Positions 39,101 to 42,481 of a stretch of DNA of 42,481 nt are shown in pieces. Each line of letters opens with the position of its first letter. The first letter of the stretch is position 1. A model generated the notes under the pieces. The model saw nothing but the letters and a program-made list of their open reading frames with translations. It was not told the origin of the DNA and did not search any database. The DNA comes from Cyanobacteria bacterium J06626_4 (GTDB lineage Bacteria; Cyanobacteriota; Cyanobacteriia; Phormidesmidales; Phormidesmidaceae). Both the position numbers and the translations under genes were made by a program. The stretch covers positions 1 to 42,481 of the forward strand of contig JBCBJQ010000049.1 of the NCBI GenBank assembly GCA_038523235.1. Direction: 5' to 3'.

Positions 39101-39429
39101 ACCAGATTTATGCCGAAACGGGCTGCGATCGCACTACTGCCATGCTCAAAGCCGCCCCTCAGCGATTACGCCCAATTTTGATGACGACCGTAACCACGGT
39201 GCTGGGGTTACTGCCTCTGGCGCTGGGCATCGGCGACGGCTCCGAATTTTTGCAGCCCATGGGCATTGTCGTCTTCTCGGGCCTTTCCCTGGCGACCATG
39301 TTGACGCTGTTTCTGATTCCCTGCTTTTACACGCTGCTGCACGGCACCCGTGACGATCGCGGCCTGCGACTGCCAGAAAAGCGAGATCGCCCCACGGTCA
39401 TGCCGCCCCCCTCGACCCCGATGCCGTAA
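36157..39429 (+). CDS. RND efflux permease (AcrB/AcrD/AcrF family)
   Basis: LPVDLLP, GIVVDNSIVMLENI, VVNNAIILVE and RLRPILMTT; two-repeat 12-TM architecture. Confidence 0.95.
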   Translation: MPPSSPSITTVAIRRHIGVLMLAIAVIVMGLFFITRLPVDLLPSITYPRIGLRLDAPGVSPEVAVDEITRPLEQGLAATEGVVQIYSQTREGRISVDLFFEPGGDINQALNDATATLNRTRDDLPDNVGEPRLFKFDPSQLPVYEMALTSESLPDSALRIFADEELARELNTLPGVASVDVSGGLQEEVQVNIDPNRLQALGLGLVDVLAALEARNQDTSGGRIRGDEAETLTRVVGRFGDADEIRNLQFEVGDAEAPQQVYLRNFAEVVDGTEEQRIYVSLNQAPAVKVSVQKQPDANTVAVVQVVTERLAALEAAGLFPDDLVMNVTLDESVFIQNSIRNVAVAGLTGASLAAIAVFFFLGSLRQTLIIVLAIPLAALTAIILIGVFGLSLNVFSLGGLALGVGIVVDNSIVMLENIAQGAESLTRQRASQSNGNGNGNGNGKDNGHGVIAASLPEQMMTQAEQSSQQLESALLAATTTNLVAVLPFLLIGGLISLIFNELILTISFAVEASLLIALTIVPTLAARLLALPGSSGLQSMPVMRQFDQRLQGLTRQYQRLLGRVLRRRLWAITIAFLLFGGSSLGMVSRIPQEILPRIDTGQASLRAQFPPGTPLADNRRVMAAVDEVLLAQPEVEYVFTTSGGFLFASITSANALRGTSTVTLKPGTSVESFVGRVNGALQALNLVDIRLRVSPESVRGLILSNSPVRGADVDIILQSADSEALQQAGQQVLAALDEQATLARYSPDADPPQPETQIRPDWSRADDLGLSAQLIGETVQTLIDGAVPTQLQRGDRLIDVRVQLPDTAIETPAQLRQLPLYTAGGQAVQLSDVATVAAGRAPGEIQRINQRQVFIIAGRLSEGAVLGEALEEMTQILAAIDLPEGVSVLPSANAEANRAIQGSLLTLGGLATFLVFTVMAVQYNSLIDPLVIMLTVPLALAGGILGLFVTQTAIGATVIVGGVLLVGIVVNNAIILVELANQIYAETGCDRTTAMLKAAPQRLRPILMTTVTTVLGLLPLALGIGDGSEFLQPMGIVVFSGLSLATMLTLFLIPCFYTLLHGTRDDRGLRLPEKRDRPTVMPPPSTPMP

Positions 39430-39452
39430 GCGACCCGTGGCAGAATTCGTGC

Positions 39453-39516
39453 CAGATCCCCGGTTTCTGCTGGTTAACCCAGCAGGTTTCAATCTCACCG
39501 AGAAACCGGGGATCTG
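39453..39516. repeat. REP-like 16-bp inverted repeat with an internal hairpin
   Basis: CAGATCCCCGGTTTCT ... AGAAACCGGGGATCTG; alternative inner pairing CTGCTGG/CCAGCAG. Confidence 0.8.
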
Positions 39517-39656
39517 ACCCAGCCAATTTTTATGATTTGGAGGGTCGCGATCGCGTCATAGGGCATTACGACATCTAGTATTGCCGAATCGAAGTATGAA
39601 TCCGGTCTTTGAAACTGCAGGCAAGATGCCCGATCTTCGCCATCAATGAGGTACTG

Positions 39657-39792
39657 AGTAATTGGGCCTGATTAAGCGTTGCATGGGTCGCTGATTTCGA
39701 CTCCGCTCAATCAGCTAAATTGCTTGCCGGACAAGAATTTGAGGGTTGAGCGAAGTCGAAACCCATCGGCAAGATAATTATGTCTGTCTACT
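39657..39792. mobile_element. MITE/REP-like element 1
   Basis: Inner inverted repeat TTTCGACTCCGCTCAA (39695-39710) / TTGAGCGAAGTCGAAA (39746-39761), 15 of 16 matching; weak outer repeat AGTA..GATTA / TAATTA..TACT. Confidence 0.55.
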
Positions 39793-39910
39793 AATACCAG
39801 TTCTGCAAAATAGCGCTACAGCTCGGCGATCCCCCGCTGTCGCTGCCCTCTTGTCGAAGGGGGCAGCGACAGCGGGAGATGTATAGTCTAAATTCAGTGA
39901 ATTGGTATTA
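39792..39910. mobile_element. MITE-like element 2
   Basis: Terminal inverted repeats TAATACCAGTTC / GAATTGGTATTA with TA at both ends; perfect 16-bp internal hairpin CCCGCTGTCGCTGCCC / GGGCAGCGACAGCGGG. Confidence 0.7.
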
Positions 39911-40003
39911 CCTCGTGTCAGGCTTCTGATTAGCGATGCAATTCATCCCCAAAACCAGCAACGCCGTTTTATAAATTTGTCCATCCCTAGAGCAATTGAC
40001 GTC

Positions 40004-40330
40004 GTGATGATGATAGAGATCAGCTTTAAATGCCTCGACAGTAGATTTGATTTCTGCCTCGGTAAAAGGCTTAGGCATCTGCTTAAGCGGAACCTTGATT
40101 CTCGCAGGCATGTTAATCCAAGGATTGGCCTCGACTAAAACTTGTTCAATAAGCCCACTGCCAGCAAGCATTTAAAGGTCCCAGGTGTTCTTGAGTGAGC
40201 ACCTGGGGCTGAGAGAATAGGAGATTCGTTTTGCTGCGCAACGCTGACGCGAACGCGAGCGTCTCCAGCGGAGAGACTCCTGACCTCTGCGGTGCGACGG
40301 TAGATGCCTGAGCTTTGTAGCCTTTATGCC
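40004..40330 (-). pseudogene. Tyrosine recombinase/integrase remnant
   Basis: LNACWQWA [frameshift] EQVLVEANPW..MPARIKVP.KQMPKPFTEAEIK...AF..D.YHH resembles the core-binding/linker region of cyanobacterial integrases; catalytic domain absent. Confidence 0.75.
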
Positions 40331-40527
40331 AATGAAGTTTCAAGCTTTACAGCAAAGGCTTCGATCCAGTTTCGATCTAAATTTGCTCAATGGTGGCCAG
40401 AAATTCATTCCTGAAAGGTAGGTATTGAGGTCAAGGCTCTCTTTTTATTGAATCCATAGCTTGCATTAGATACTGTCTCCTCAGTATTGCTTATTTCACC
40501 AAGATGACTAGGAGAGCGAACTCACAC

Positions 40528-40788
40528 AACGTGAGTTCGACGAACGGAACTGGGCAAGAAAAAAGCTGAGACTGGATTTAACGAATTCACTCTCAGCTTA
40601 TGAACACCACTTTATCGGAGGTCTCTCGTCTGGATGTGACGCCGATTTTTTGGGCAGTCGATGACTTCTGTCGAGTCTTTGAACAGCAATGTCTTCACCA
40701 TCCTCAGTTGCCCTCGATGTCCGGTGAACGCCTGTGTCAATCGAAGCTGGGCCGGAGTGAAGTAATGACCATTGTTGATCGCCATTAA
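40528..40788 (+). mobile_element. IS982-family left end and truncated transposase
   Basis: AACGTGAGTTCGACGAA end; AAGCTGAGA/TCTCAGCTT hairpin just before ATG 40600; LDVTPIFWAVDDFC...SKLGRSEVMTIV matches IS982 N-termini and ends after 62 aa. Confidence 0.78.
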
Positions 40789-41124
40789 GGAAAGCTCTGA
40801 CCGTTATTAGTCAGAGCCTCCTGGTGCAGATGATTGACGCTCACGCGGAGTTCAGCACCAAGCTTCAATAAAGCCCCCTCAACGTGAGTAACGTCAAGGG
40901 GGCAGGGAGTGGAATGTATGAAATGTCGTTGGCAGAACGTTTAGGCAGTGGTGACAGGAGCGATACTCTGCTGGAGTGGCTACGCCAACGCGTCTTTATC
41001 TAAGTTCTGACTCAAAATCCACCACATCTTTGGCCAGACTCTCGGAGTGACTTTTTGCAGCTTGTTCGGTCACAATTGGACAAATCAAATTAGATTGTAC
41101 AGACAAAGCGATGACCCGCTCAAA

Positions 41125-41940
41125 CTAACCAAAGCGTCCCGACACATAATCACGAGTGTAATCATTTTGAGGATTATTGAAAATATTTTCGGTTGTATCG
41201 TATTCCACCAGGTAGCCAACTTTGCTGCCAGAATCCATCGCTTCAGCGTTAAAAAAGGCGGTTTCATCCGATACTCGCGTCGCCTGCTGCATGTTGTGGG
41301 TCACGATGATGATGGTGTAATTCTCCTTCAGCTGATGCATTAGCTCCTCAATCTTCAGGGTAGAGATCGGGTCTAGTGCTGAGCAGGGCTCATCCATCAA
41401 AATAACTTCAGGCGCAATCGCGATCGCGCGGGCAATGCAAAGACGCTGCTGTTGACCGCCGGAGATGGAGAGGCCGCTATCTTTGAGTTTGTCCTTTACC
41501 TCATCCCACAGGGCCGCACCGCGCAGTGACCGTTCCACTAGCTCATCCATGTTGCCCTGGTAGCCGTTAACGCGAGCGCCAAAGGCAATGTTGTCGTAGA
41601 TCGATTTGGGGAACGGGTTTGGTTTTTGAAACACCATGCCTACCCGGCGACGCAACTCCGTCGGGTCAATCGCCTTGCCGTAAAGATCTTGGCCGTGAAA
41701 GGTAATGCGCCCGTCGATGTGAGCGCCTGCAATCAAATCATTCAGGCGGTTAAAGCATCGCAAAACAGTACTCTTGCCGCAGCCAGATGGCCCAATCAAA
41801 GCAGTGATTTTATTGACGGGGATCTCCAAATTCACCCCACGCACTGCCTTAAAGGAGCCATAGTAATAATCGGTGTTTTCGACCCGAAAGATACTCTGTT
41901 GCTCAGTAGCAGCGGTGGCAAAAGATGGTTCAGATTTCAT
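41125..41940 (-). CDS. pstB: Phosphate ABC transporter ATP-binding protein
   Basis: [52 protein letters not shown] and YVSGRFG. Confidence 0.97.
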   Translation of the reverse strand: MKSEPSFATAATEQQSIFRVENTDYYYGSFKAVRGVNLEIPVNKITALIGPSGCGKSTVLRCFNRLNDLIAGAHIDGRITFHGQDLYGKAIDPTELRRRVGMVFQKPNPFPKSIYDNIAFGARVNGYQGNMDELVERSLRGAALWDEVKDKLKDSGLSISGGQQQRLCIARAIAIAPEVILMDEPCSALDPISTLKIEELMHQLKENYTIIIVTHNMQQATRVSDETAFFNAEAMDSGSKVGYLVEYDTTENIFNNPQNDYTRDYVSGRFG

Positions 41941-41982
41941 GGGACTTACTCTCTTAAAACAATGAGTCCTAAATAACCAGTG

Positions 41983-42481
41983 CTAAAGTGAAGTTTGAAA
42001 ACGGTTGCGAATATAAATCGCGGTAGCATTCATCAAAAGCAGCAGGATCATTAGCACAATGATGGCGGAAGCGGCGATCGCATGAAATTCTTCTTGCGGA
42101 CGGCTCACCCAGTTGAAAATCTGAATCGGTAAAGCTGTAAAAGCCGGTTCCTGCAAGCCTTCGACCGTGAGTGTCGGCGCAAAGGGCACGAATGCTGCGG
42201 CCCCGACCGCAATGATGGGAGCCGTTTCACCAATTGCTCGTGATAACGCCAAAATGGTGCCCGTCATAATGCCAGGAATCGCTTGCGGGAACACGTGGTT
42301 GCGCACCGTCTGCCAGCGCGTTGCGCCCAACGCCATGCCCGCCTGACGAATGCTGTCTGGCACTGCCTTTAAAGCTTCGCGAGTTGCCACAATAATCACT
42401 GGCAGGATCAGTAGCGCCAGGGTCAACCCCCCAGACAAAATGCTTCGTCCACCCGTGACGAAGATGAAAACACGAGCGACT
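41983..42481 (-). CDS. pstA: Phosphate ABC transporter permease PstA (5' part outside the window)
   Basis: [39 protein letters not shown] and ALPIQIFNW; the frame stays open to the window edge. Confidence 0.93.
   Translation of the reverse strand, partial: VARVFIFVTGGRSILSGGLTLALLILPVIIVATREALKAVPDSIRQAGMALGATRWQTVRNHVFPQAIPGIMTGTILALSRAIGETAPIIAVGAAAFVPFAPTLTVEGLQEPAFTALPIQIFNWVSRPQEEFHAIAASAIIVLMILLLLMNATAIYIRNRFQTSL

Noticed and set aside
34713..39429. RND pair lacking an outer-membrane factor
   Set aside because: Cyanobacteria commonly share an unlinked TolC-like protein.

Overview
Chromosomal window from a cyanobacterium, inferred from frequent HIP1 octamers (GCGATCGC), heptameric STRR-type repeats and cyanobacterial gene families. 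It is probably a filamentous Leptolyngbya-like strain (inference). From left to right it carries: an HTH gene and a pair of AAA_35 (STAND-like) NTPases, one with a membrane-anchored WD40 propeller; IS5 and receiver-domain remnants; LysE; an exported agmatine deiminase; acs; a HetZ-related gene; recQ; a TPR gene; the RHH-ycf46-ycf35 operon; and a creatininase. Next come a small accessory patch (integron-cassette-like HEPN-motif gene, phytol-kinase-like remnant, helical carotenoid protein), an S66 LD-carboxypeptidase, a DUF6918-like gene and ubiD. The most interesting region is a same-strand envelope locus at 25951-33291: lipoprotein, exbB, two exbD (one lacking the canonical proton-carrying Asp), pstS behind a Pho box, and three related acidic TonB-like proteins that share an unassigned C-terminal Cys-pair domain. 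The middle one of these three is a chimera made by tandem duplication. No TonB-dependent receptor lies in the window. The right end has DUF389, an RND efflux pair, a cluster of MITE/REP-like elements with integrase and IS982 remnants, and pstB-pstA. No rRNA, tRNA or CRISPR array was recognised. All family calls come from motif recognition by eye, with no database searches.
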